Source: an uncultured Gammaproteobacteria bacterium (GTDB lineage: Bacteria; Patescibacteriota; Patescibacteriia; UBA1558; 2-01-FULL-52-15). Taken from it: a DNA stretch of 60,791 nucleotides. The stretch covers positions 1-60,791 of the forward strand of contig CAZIOU010000005.1 in NCBI GenBank assembly GCA_964540995.1. Reading direction: 5' to 3'. The position numbers and the translations under genes were made by a program. Shown here piece after piece: positions 8,403 through 18,256 of this stretch (its first letter is position 1; every line of letters begins with the position of its first letter). Below the pieces are notes generated by a model, which worked only from the letters and a program-made list of their open reading frames with translations, did not search any database and was not told the origin of the DNA.

Positions 8403-9293
8403 CTATGCTGATCCAAGACTTATACGCCCCAATATGTAGTCAGCACACTGCTGCAAGTTGGTAGTCTGATCACCCAATTTCTGCGTTAGGGTCATAACTT
8501 TCTGATACTCCTCTTGCGCCTGATGTCGCGCTTCTTCCATCGTGACAACTGATACATAGGTGGCCTTCTCATGCTGAGCATCAGTACCTACCCCCTTACC
8601 CATCATTTCCTTCGTACCAGTGACATTGAGGATATCGTCAACAATTTGAAATAATACTCCCAGATGTTCTGCATACTCTGTCAGTACAGCCAACTTCTGA
8701 TCGTCTACTCCAGCACACAATGCCCCCATACGCACACTTGCTCGGATCAGAGCGCCCGTCTTGGCACGGTGCATAGCACGCACATCATCAAGCGTCAGTT
8801 GCTGTCCTTCGCCTTGCATATCCTGCATCTGTCCCCAGACCATGCCAGCCGGGCCAGCACCGAGAGCCAACTCCTCTACCAAGCGGACTCTGATATCAGC
8901 TGATAATGATGCCTGACTTAATAATTGAAAAGCAAACGTTAATAATCCATCGCCCGCCAGAATCGCTGTAGCTTCGTCGAACTGTTTGTGATTGGTCGGC
9001 TGACCGCGTCGAAGATCATCATCATCCATAGCCGGCAGATCATCATGAATCAATGAATAGGTATGCAGACATTCCACCGCTGCGGCCACCGGCATGATTG
9101 ATTGCAAATCACTACCACCACATGCCTCGAAACTAGCAAAAAGCAGCAACGGCCGAAACCGCTTGCCGCCAGCCAACAAACTGTAACGCATAGCTTCACC
9201 CAATTTCCCTGGGAAATCAGGACCTTGCGCCATCGTCTGCAGATAATGATTTAATTGCGCCGTATGCTGTTGGATGAAATCTTCGAAGGTCAT
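8403..9293 (-). CDS. Polyprenyl diphosphate synthase (FPP/GGPP synthase family)
   Basis: First Asp-rich motif LIHDDLPAMDDDDLRRG and second motif FQIVDDILN. ATG at 9293 (MTFEDFIQQ) is preferred over 9329. Confidence 0.85.
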   Translation of the reverse strand: MTFEDFIQQHTAQLNHYLQTMAQGPDFPGKLGEAMRYSLLAGGKRFRPLLLFASFEACGGSDLQSIMPVAAAVECLHTYSLIHDDLPAMDDDDLRRGQPTNHKQFDEATAILAGDGLLTFAFQLLSQASLSADIRVRLVEELALGAGPAGMVWGQMQDMQGEGQQLTLDDVRAMHRAKTGALIRASVRMGALCAGVDDQKLAVLTEYAEHLGVLFQIVDDILNVTGTKEMMGKGVGTDAQHEKATYVSVVTMEEARHQAQEEYQKVMTLTQKLGDQTTNLQQCADYILGRISLGSA

Positions 9294-9338
9294 TGGGGAA
9301 GTTGTAAGTTTAAAGTTGAAGAGACACACTTAAATAGC

Positions 9339-9490
9339 CTGTCATTGCGAACCCGCCTCGGGGAAGCAATCCCCTTGAAATTGCTGCGAATTTATCAAAA
9401 TAGTAGACCCAATGATTGAGTGACATCGGACAGGCTGGATTGCCGCGTCACCCTTTGACCAGAAGACCAAGGGATTCCTCACAATGACAG
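9339..9490 (-). mobile_element. MITE-like intergenic repeat, copy 2 (152 bp, inverted relative to copy 1)
   Basis: It starts CTGTCATTGCGA and ends CACAATGACAG. The internal ggggaagcaatcccc, gtgacatcggacaggctgg and accagaag segments are the reverse complement of copy 1 segments. Confidence 0.8.
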
Positions 9491-9491
9491 C

Positions 9492-11549
<2,058 letters not shown>

Positions 11550-11756
11550 TTAGGGTCTAAAATAGCTTAATTTAAGCCAATCTTAGCCGTATTTTAACTT
11601 CTGAAGTATAGCACTATTTGGGGCTAGAAACAAGGGACTTTTACTACTAATTAATCATGCCTGACGAGCCAACAAATTTAGCTTACTGCATTTACATTAG
11701 GGCTAATACTAGTTACTATTAAGTGGACTTAAAGCTAGTCATGAAAATTTAAAACT

Positions 11757-12398
11757 ATGAAAAAAAGAGTTATTCACCAAAAATTGCCAATTATTTTCGC
11801 TATCATTATCGTAACGCTAGCTATAATTAGTCTACGGACAACTCAAGAAAATATCCGACTTCGACAGTTAATCAATAACCCTAATTCTGCCCAACAGTCG
11901 GCAGTTAATCGTTACCCGCTAATTCAGGATTACCTACCCCAAGGCCTGACCAAAAATACATTTAACTATCCCGAAGATGGCCTAGAATTTTCCTTCCCAG
12001 CCAATCTAGCCCTAATGAGCGAAGATTGTAGTGGTAATTATCAAGCAGGTTCAGCGCTTGTAAAATGCCAAAACTTCAGTGGTGCCAAGGTAACCATGCA
12101 ATTCCTAGCTGGAAATTTCAACCCCAACTCCAATCCACTAGATTCTATTGCCTCTGCTAGCTCATCAGTGAAGGCAACTACTACAACGATTGACGGACGA
12201 ATCTGGAACCTTGAATGGCGCCGCGGTGGTCCTGGTTGTGATGGTCCAAAACCAACAGGTTGCGATGATTTGATATTATATGCTTACACTTTTAAAGGTG
12301 ACAGTGCGTATATTCTCAGTGATCATAATATTACTTCAACCAACGACTCTTCAGCTGAACTTCTGAAAAAGATACTAGCCACGTTTAAGGTGATGTAA
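11757..12398 (+). CDS. Hypothetical membrane-anchored/secreted protein
   Basis: N-terminal TM/signal anchor (LPIIFAIIIVTLAIISL) and a Cys-containing extracytoplasmic part. No SD, AT-rich core-type upstream region. No family recognised. Confidence 0.5.
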   Translation: MKKRVIHQKLPIIFAIIIVTLAIISLRTTQENIRLRQLINNPNSAQQSAVNRYPLIQDYLPQGLTKNTFNYPEDGLEFSFPANLALMSEDCSGNYQAGSALVKCQNFSGAKVTMQFLAGNFNPNSNPLDSIASASSSVKATTTTIDGRIWNLEWRRGGPGCDGPKPTGCDDLILYAYTFKGDSAYILSDHNITSTNDSSAELLKKILATFKVM

Positions 12399-12497
12399 AA
12401 TGATCAACCAATCCGATTTCTATTGTGACGAGATTCTAAGTGGCGCGACCCCCATTACAGTTGAAGATGAAATAGTAGTTTTGATTCGTTAAGTAAA

Positions 12498-12528
12498 GAA
12501 GCCTACTACCCTTAAGGTAATAGGCTTC
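12498..12528. terminator. Bidirectional stem-loop between convergent ORFs
   Basis: gaagccta (12498-12505) pairs with taggcttc (12521-12528), with an extended inner stem. T-rich sequence follows on the minus strand (tttactt). Confidence 0.55.
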
Positions 12529-12532
12529 TGGT

Positions 12533-12706
12533 TTAGCCGACTTCTGGATTTGGCTTCTCGGAATAGATCAGGACCGTGCCTGATTCAGTCTTTCCAAGAA
12601 CTTTCTGAATCGTTTCAGATAGAGCTTCCATCAGCTGACTTTTCTCTGTTTCTGTCAGTACTTTGTTGACTGCCAGATCGACAGAGAATTTTACCCCCTT
12701 TTCCAT
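12533..12706 (-). CDS. Small hypothetical protein, 57 aa (below the ORF-track cutoff)
   Basis: Own translation: MEKGVKFSVDLAVNKVLTETEKSQLMEALSETIQKVLGKTESGTVLIYSEKPNPEVG. A perfect AGGAGG lies 6 nt upstream of the ATG and a terminator hairpin lies downstream. It faintly resembles a tautomerase-like beta-alpha-beta unit but lacks Pro1. Confidence 0.5.
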   Translation of the reverse strand: MEKGVKFSVDLAVNKVLTETEKSQLMEALSETIQKVLGKTESGTVLIYSEKPNPEVG

Positions 12707-12916
12707 ATAAACCTCCTGTTCACGATCAGATCCTCCCCTGCTTGTCCGCAGTTATGACACGCGACAGCCACTTGTACGCCCAGTCGGTCGACTTGAATAA
12801 CACGTAGAAAAAGAAAGGCGCCAGCATCGTGTCGGTTGAGAACGGACGGCGGAGCGATATATTAACCGCTCCATACGAAATAGTCGCAAAATGGCGATAA
12901 AATGAGCTATTTTTAT

Positions 12917-12945
12917 ATAATAGCATATATATCTATATTTGTCAA
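12917..12945 (-). promoter_or_regulatory. Sigma70-type promoter TTGACA-17-TATTAT
   Basis: -35 at 12945-12940 and -10 at 12922-12917 on the minus strand. It would give a ~200-nt leader before the 57-aa ORF. Confidence 0.6.
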
Positions 12946-12978
12946 TATAATGAACATATTTAATCTATTTCTCTCGTA

Positions 12979-13007
12979 TTGCATTTGAGCTTGCTTTGAA
13001 ATACTAT
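12979..13007 (+). promoter_or_regulatory. Sigma70-type promoter TTGCAT-17-TACTAT
   Basis: -35 at 12979-12984 and -10 at 13002-13007, about 45 nt upstream of the ATG at 13054. Confidence 0.5.
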
Positions 13008-13053
13008 AGGTACGAAGTTAGTAACGTTCCTTTAACTTTCAAGGAGGTCAACC

Positions 13054-13398
13054 ATGGCTGGCAGAATGCCTCAGTGGACACATCTAGTGGCCGATAAGTA
13101 TGAGGCTGGTAACGAAAGTCCCGTCTCACAGCTCATTCTTGATGATCTCGATGTCATCGATGAGTTTCAGTGGCTGATCATGGACACTTTGAATTCTGAA
13201 GTTAAGTCGGTAGCTCCCGATATGAAGCAGCGCAATCGGTATGAACTACATACCACCGATGAGAAGGGTAGATTTCACGACATTACTGTCTATGAAGATC
13301 TAATCTGGCTCAATCTGGGACACAGCGACAACACAGATTGGACAGCCGACCCCGACGGTACGGCCTGGAAATTCCTCATGGAACGTTCAGTACAATAA
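13054..13398 (+). CDS. Hypothetical protein, 114 aa (orphan)
   Basis: AAGGAGG lies 6 nt upstream of the ATG, and a GC stem-loop terminator follows immediately. No recognisable motif. Confidence 0.6.
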   Translation: MAGRMPQWTHLVADKYEAGNESPVSQLILDDLDVIDEFQWLIMDTLNSEVKSVAPDMKQRNRYELHTTDEKGRFHDITVYEDLIWLNLGHSDNTDWTADPDGTAWKFLMERSVQ

Positions 13399-13404
13399 TA
13401 CACA

Positions 13405-13430
13405 GGAGCCTCTTCGGAGGCTCCTTTTCT
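13405..13430 (+). terminator. Intrinsic terminator ggagcctc-ttcg-gaggctcc + TTTT
   Basis: Perfect 8-bp stem, tetraloop and T-run. It is a near-identical copy of the element at 14587-14616. Confidence 0.8.
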
Positions 13431-13573
13431 ATAATAGCCGAATAAAGACCCACCCGGATAAACCAGGTGTGTCGTTGTAGTCTCGCGAAGAGACAGTTAG
13501 AGAGAAGAAATTGGATGATACATCGACAACAACGAATATGATACTTCGAGGAATTGAGATAACTATAAATAAC

Positions 13574-13603
13574 AAAGCCGCTGGTATTTACCTGCGGCTT
13601 TTT
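13574..13603. terminator. Bidirectional intrinsic terminator
   Basis: aaagccgc (13574-13581) pairs with gcggcttt (13594-13601), flanked by an A-run and a T-run. It lies downstream of the minus-strand 67-aa ORF. Confidence 0.7.
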
Positions 13604-13626
13604 AAACGACACATCCTCCTTGTTCA

Positions 13627-13830
13627 TTACCATTCAAACTCGTCATTGATGATCCCCGGTTGATCAAGAGGAATTTCTTCCGTATTATCAATGATACACG
13701 CAGAGTGATCGCCCTCTCGCTCTTTCAACATCCGCTCTGCTTCCTCACTGGTGCTTGCTAAGACAAAGGATAATGCTGGGCGATACGAAAAACCCAATTC
13801 TCCGCGCCAGTTGATTTTGAAAAGCTTCAT
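13627..13830 (-). CDS. Small hypothetical protein, 67 aa (orphan, acidic C-terminus)
   Basis: AAGGAGGG lies 5 nt upstream of the ATG, with its own TTGACA promoter and a terminator. Confidence 0.6.
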   Translation of the reverse strand: MKLFKINWRGELGFSYRPALSFVLASTSEEAERMLKEREGDHSACIIDNTEEIPLDQPGIINDEFEW

Positions 13831-13878
13831 GTCGCCCTCCTTGAAGAAAGGAACCGTGTCTAATCTAGATAATATATT

Positions 13879-13907
13879 ATTTTATAATATAAACTATCTT
13901 TTGTCAA
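13879..13907 (-). promoter_or_regulatory. Sigma70-type promoter TTGACA-17-TAAAAT
   Basis: -35 at 13907-13902 and -10 at 13884-13879. The heptamer TTGTCAA also reads TTGTCA on the plus strand (13901-13906), followed 17-18 nt later by ATATTA/TATTAG, so this is a possible back-to-back divergent promoter pair. Confidence 0.6.
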
Positions 13908-14062
13908 GGCCAATCTGTATTACATATTAGACACCCATTCTTCTACAAAATAGTGTAATTAAGCCCTTCAACTATTGATTGACTTCTCCCCCTACCCGAT
14001 GTAAGGTTGGGCCGAAACCAACCGTTACCGTCCTTTCACATAACGCTTATCAGGAGGATGTC

Positions 14063-14566
14063 ATGAGCGAATTTCAGCATCTCTATGTTGAAGTAGGCGA
14101 TCTACGAATACTACAGCAACTTATTCGACTGTATATCCACGAAACTTTCGTAATTCACCAGGACAAGCCGAAAATCATGGTAGGAATACTGATCTGGGAT
14201 CCAAGCGCCGACCCACTGCCACGGTTGCCTTGGACTATTCGGGCGCAGCCAGAACCACTGTTTCCCCTCCTGCTTATTGATTGGGCTCGAATATCAGATC
14301 AAAAACCCAATGACCAGACGTGGTACAAGCTAACCAAAGAACCAACCTACATTCTGCGTGATACCGTCGGTTATTCAGCGCTGGCCCAACTCGAAAACCA
14401 ACTCGGTCATTATCTCAGTCTTCACGATGGCGTATGGGATAAAGCCTGGAGCTCCGTCCCAAAACCCGACTGTGGCAGCAGCATCGAACTAGGATTTAGC
14501 TTGAGTGCTGGCTACTTTAATGGTCCACTAGTCATCGGAAGGCGCTGGATGGAATATCACGAGTAG
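14063..14566 (+). CDS. Hypothetical protein, 167 aa (orphan)
   Basis: The internal ATG at 14063 is preceded by CAGGAGGA. The track start at 13979 has no SD. Two terminators follow. Confidence 0.6.
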   Translation: MSEFQHLYVEVGDLRILQQLIRLYIHETFVIHQDKPKIMVGILIWDPSADPLPRLPWTIRAQPEPLFPLLLIDWARISDQKPNDQTWYKLTKEPTYILRDTVGYSALAQLENQLGHYLSLHDGVWDKAWSSVPKPDCGSSIELGFSLSAGYFNGPLVIGRRWMEYHE

Positions 14567-14586
14567 ACAGACTACTCCGACACACA

Positions 14587-14616
14587 GGAGCCTCTTCGGG
14601 GGCTCCTATTCTATTT
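14587..14616 (+). terminator. Intrinsic terminator ggagcctc-ttcg-ggggctcc
   Basis: It shares ~30 nt (acacaggagcctcttcgg.ggctcct.ttcta) with the terminator at 13401-13432. Confidence 0.7.
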
Positions 14617-14640
14617 GACTCAACACAAGTTAATATATAG

Positions 14641-14680
14641 AAGAGTCGCCAGGCAGAAGCCACAGCGACTCTTATTTTGT
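14641..14680. terminator. Second stem-loop between convergent ORFs
   Basis: aagagtcgc (14641-14649) pairs with gcgactctt (14665-14673), followed by attttgt. Confidence 0.6.
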
Positions 14681-14718
14681 CTTAAACGAATCTAAGCATC
14701 ACGAAACCGCAAAACTCT

Positions 14719-15207
14719 TCACATCCGTGAGGGCAACTCGATCTGCTTCATCACCTCAATCGGAGGAAGGTCGAGAATTGCCACATCATTATCATAGAGA
14801 ATATAGGAGACCCAGATTGTCCGACCCTTCCCTTTGGTATCGAAGAAACCTCTATTTGACTTCCACGGTACGAAACAGCCGACACCAACATCCAATCGAA
14901 ACTCTGTTCCCATACCAGCCATGAAATAACTCAACACATCACTGCCATTCATGTGCCTCATGTCTTGGATGACCCGCTTCACGTGCGCTGCCTCATCGGG
15001 ATCGCAATAGTCATCCGGGACCGACAAGGCAACGCGACGAGTCAGGTTATCCGTTTGACGCAGAGTCCAGATAATCACCCTCGTGGCCAAATCTGACGCA
15101 TCGACCGAATAGGTGACGAACTGTTCCAGTGCCTGCATCTGCCGATCGGACATGCGAGGCGGTATATAGACCTGATCTTGACCTCTGACCCAAGGGCGCC
15201 AAGGCAT
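14719..15207 (-). CDS. Hypothetical protein, 162 aa (orphan)
   Basis: The ATG at 15207 is preceded by GGAGG at 5 nt, which makes it the preferred start over the ATG at 15219 (whose own codons supply that GGAGG). It has its own TTGACA promoter. No motif recognised. Confidence 0.6.
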   Translation of the reverse strand: MPWRPWVRGQDQVYIPPRMSDRQMQALEQFVTYSVDASDLATRVIIWTLRQTDNLTRRVALSVPDDYCDPDEAAHVKRVIQDMRHMNGSDVLSYFMAGMGTEFRLDVGVGCFVPWKSNRGFFDTKGKGRTIWVSYILYDNDVAILDLPPIEVMKQIELPSRM

Positions 15208-15258
15208 CGAAACCTCCATTGTGGGTGTGAATAGAAAAGAACTAGGAAATAACTAACT

Positions 15259-15287
15259 ACCATAGCCAAATTAAAAAGCTATGTCAA
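15259..15287 (-). promoter_or_regulatory. Sigma70-type promoter TTGACA-17-TATGGT
   Basis: -35 at 15287-15282 and -10 at 15264-15259, immediately downstream of the SET-domain gene. Confidence 0.55.
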
Positions 15288-15311
15288 CTAATTGTTTGGT
15301 GCGAGCCTCAG

Positions 15312-15782
15312 CTAAGGTCTTCCGTATTTCTTCACCAACCAAGCCGAAACATAGCCTCGGTATTTACGCCTCGTTGCTAGCGGCATATTACGATAAGCAC
15401 CGATCTTGCCCCGACAGCTAACTGTACCGCACTGACATTTCATACGCCAACGCGGATGATCTTCAGTCATCTCATAATCCCACGTAATCTCCTCCCCGAC
15501 CTCAATATCGCGCATCGCCACTACTTGGAATAATTTCTTGATACCACAATTGGGTTCGCAGGAATGATTGATCAGACGCGCCACTCCCAGACAGTCTCGC
15601 CAGCGACGCGGCGCGAATTGGATGGTGTGATGATAGAGATCGTGATTCCAATGCGGATACTCCCATTCATAGATCGGCCCATCATACTCGGCTACCACTT
15701 CACCTTTCTTGATTTTACGGGAAACGAAAACTCCCCTGCCTTTGCCTCGGGAAGTTTGTACGTATATCTTCTTACTATCCAT
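15312..15782 (-). CDS. SET-domain protein (putative protein-lysine methyltransferase)
   Basis: RLINHSCEPNC, GEEITWDY and a post-SET Cys cluster CQCGTVSCRG. The start overlaps the pheT stop (TAATG). Confidence 0.8.
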   Translation of the reverse strand: MDSKKIYVQTSRGKGRGVFVSRKIKKGEVVAEYDGPIYEWEYPHWNHDLYHHTIQFAPRRWRDCLGVARLINHSCEPNCGIKKLFQVVAMRDIEVGEEITWDYEMTEDHPRWRMKCQCGTVSCRGKIGAYRNMPLATRRKYRGYVSAWLVKKYGRP

Positions 15783-18202
15783 TACCGTGGAGTGGCTTGA
15801 AATTTCTTCTCTAGATCGGCCGTGATGCGTTTGATCAAGGTATCGACTTCGGCCGACTCCAATGTCTTATCGTTACTGCGAATGGTCAGTGAGAAAGCCA
15901 ATGAACGTTTACCCTCACCTAATTGTGGTGACTCGAAGACGTCGAAGAGATCGATCTCCTCCACCAGTCCCGAGCTGCCGGCAATCTGTTCGTAGATAGC
16001 TGCCCACGGGATCGTCCGATCAACAACAATCGCAATATCGCGGACAACACTGGGGAATTTGGGAAAGGCAGAGAAACTGCGTCGTACTTCTGCGTGCTTG
16101 ACCAGCTTCTGCAGATTGAGCTGCCACCAGACAACCGAATAACCGGCGAACTGCTCTTCTACCAATTCTGGTCGCAACGTACCAAGATAACCAAATTTCT
16201 GATCATGGGCCTGAATACTAAGCACGTGCGTACTGTGATCAAGAGCCTCAGCGATAAACTCATAAGGCAACGAATAGTGCTGCAACAACTGCTCGATCAA
16301 ACCCTTTGTTTCTAGATACAGCGTAGATACTGATTTGTCACGTGAGATACAGACACCAGCCAGCATCTTGGGTTGATCCGGTAAGAAATGCTTGTCGCTG
16401 CCATCAGTAGCAAATTCACCTTTGCCCGCGCGATAGGTGCGACCAATTTCAAATAAACTAAATTCATTGCTCCAGCGTAAATTTTCTTCTACCTTCTGCA
16501 TCAAGCCGGGTAATAACGAGGTGCGCATGAACTTCTGCTCATCATTGAGATAATTAGCCAAGCTCACTTGATGTTCGGTCAGACTGAGTCGCTCGGCCCA
16601 AGCATTGAAAGCAAAGGAATAGGTAGAAACTTCGAAGTAATTGGCGTGGTACGCTAAGCTATCTTTGAGCTGACGCTCCAACTGCAACATAACATTGCGC
16701 TCGGGTAATTCGAGAGCGATCACCGGCATCGTCGGAACAATATTGTCATAACCATAAATTCTGGTCACTTCCTCTACGAGATCTTCTGGGATGCCAATAT
16801 CTTTGGTAGCGCGGAATGACGGCACACCGACATGCCAATCTTTGGCTTTGTTCTGCACGGTGAAATTCAAACGAGTCAAAATTTGTTTGACCGTAGCATC
16901 AGGGATGTTGATGCCAGCAATGCGTGAGAACATTTCTTTGGGCACGATGATAGTGCGTTGGAAATCTGGCGCACGGTTAATATCGATCACTTTGCTGGCT
17001 ACAGTAGCATCAGGGCAGATCTCTCGGATAAGAGCCACCGCCCGCGCGATAACCTGCGGAGTCAGCAATGGATCAAGTGACTTCTCATAGCGAGCTGAAG
17101 CTTCGGTGCGTAGACCGAGAGCAGTCGACATACGCCTAATAGTGCTGGCTTGGAAATTGGCACAGGTCAATAACACTTGTTTGGTGGTGGGTTTAATCTC
17201 ACTGTGTTGACCGCCCATGATACCTCCGACATCAAGGATTTGTTTGCTGTCGGCAAAGACCACCATACCGCCTTCTAACTTGCGCTTCTCGCCATCCAAG
17301 GTGGTAATAGTTTGAGCTTTGGTCAGGGTTTTGACTTCGATCGGACCATTAGTGGCAGCGAAATCAAAAGCATGCATCGGATGACCAAGATCAAACATGA
17401 CGTAGTTGGTGACATCAACGATATTGTTGATAGAACGAATACCGACGCTGTGAAGAGCTCGCTTGAGCCACCACGGTGATTCGCCGACGACGACATTATC
17501 TAGCACAACCGCTGATAAACGATAACAGGCTTCAGCAGTAGTCGTTAGTTGTAAATCAATCGTTTCTGCGCTTGATTTAAGCGGCAATAATTTCACCGGC
17601 TTCAATTTGGTATCGTAGACAGCCGCTAGCTCACGCGCCAAACCATATTGACCCCAGAGATCAGGACGGTGGGTCATCGATTTGTTATCAATGTCGAGAA
17701 TAATATCGTTTAAACCCAAGGCTTCAGCCAGAGGCGTGCCAGCCTTGACGCCAAATTCAGTCAGATCGATAATCTCGTGTTCTGACTCCACCGGGAAGAG
17801 ATCTTGCAAACCTATTTCCGAAGCAGCCACGATCATACCGTGACTTTCTTGACCGCGTATCTTGGCTGGTTCCAAGGTCACCAGATCACCTTGGCCGTGC
17901 CACCGCACCTTACTACCTACCGTGGCTACAGCTACCAGCATCTGCTCGCGTAGATTGGTACCACCGCAGACAATCTGCACTACTTCGGTACCGATAGCAG
18001 TATTACAAATCCACAGCTTATCGGCTTGGGGATGTTTGACGATTTCTCTGATCTGTCCGACGACGATACCGTCCAACTGTTTAGCTTGTTCCAGCACCTC
18101 CTCTACTTCAACTGTGGACATAGTCAATTTCAAAGCTAACTCTTTGGGCTCAACGTCTGGAAGAGTAAGATACTGCTTGATCCAATTAACAGATAGATAC
18201 AT
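15782..18202 (-). CDS. pheT: Phenylalanine--tRNA ligase beta subunit
   Basis: 806 aa with N-terminal MYLSVNWIKQYL and a tRNA-binding domain, B3/4 and B5 regions. It lies directly after pheS. Confidence 0.9.
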   Translation of the reverse strand: MYLSVNWIKQYLTLPDVEPKELALKLTMSTVEVEEVLEQAKQLDGIVVGQIREIVKHPQADKLWICNTAIGTEVVQIVCGGTNLREQMLVAVATVGSKVRWHGQGDLVTLEPAKIRGQESHGMIVAASEIGLQDLFPVESEHEIIDLTEFGVKAGTPLAEALGLNDIILDIDNKSMTHRPDLWGQYGLARELAAVYDTKLKPVKLLPLKSSAETIDLQLTTTAEACYRLSAVVLDNVVVGESPWWLKRALHSVGIRSINNIVDVTNYVMFDLGHPMHAFDFAATNGPIEVKTLTKAQTITTLDGEKRKLEGGMVVFADSKQILDVGGIMGGQHSEIKPTTKQVLLTCANFQASTIRRMSTALGLRTEASARYEKSLDPLLTPQVIARAVALIREICPDATVASKVIDINRAPDFQRTIIVPKEMFSRIAGINIPDATVKQILTRLNFTVQNKAKDWHVGVPSFRATKDIGIPEDLVEEVTRIYGYDNIVPTMPVIALELPERNVMLQLERQLKDSLAYHANYFEVSTYSFAFNAWAERLSLTEHQVSLANYLNDEQKFMRTSLLPGLMQKVEENLRWSNEFSLFEIGRTYRAGKGEFATDGSDKHFLPDQPKMLAGVCISRDKSVSTLYLETKGLIEQLLQHYSLPYEFIAEALDHSTHVLSIQAHDQKFGYLGTLRPELVEEQFAGYSVVWWQLNLQKLVKHAEVRRSFSAFPKFPSVVRDIAIVVDRTIPWAAIYEQIAGSSGLVEEIDLFDVFESPQLGEGKRSLAFSLTIRSNDKTLESAEVDTLIKRITADLEKKFQATPR

Positions 18203-18256
18203 AACGACAGATTAGAATTAATTTTTCATTATAGTCATCCTGAGCCTGTCGAAGGA

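Noticed and set aside
12726-12926. 66-aa minus-strand ORF upstream of the 57-aa gene.
   Set aside because: Its start lies upstream of the predicted -10 box at 12922-12917. It has no SD and an implausible low-complexity sequence. The region is treated as a non-coding leader instead.
13376-13633. 85-aa minus-strand ORF between the 114-aa and 67-aa genes.
   Set aside because: It runs straight through two intrinsic terminator hairpins (13574-13603 and 13405-13430), overlaps the ends of both real neighbours and has no SD at a proper distance.
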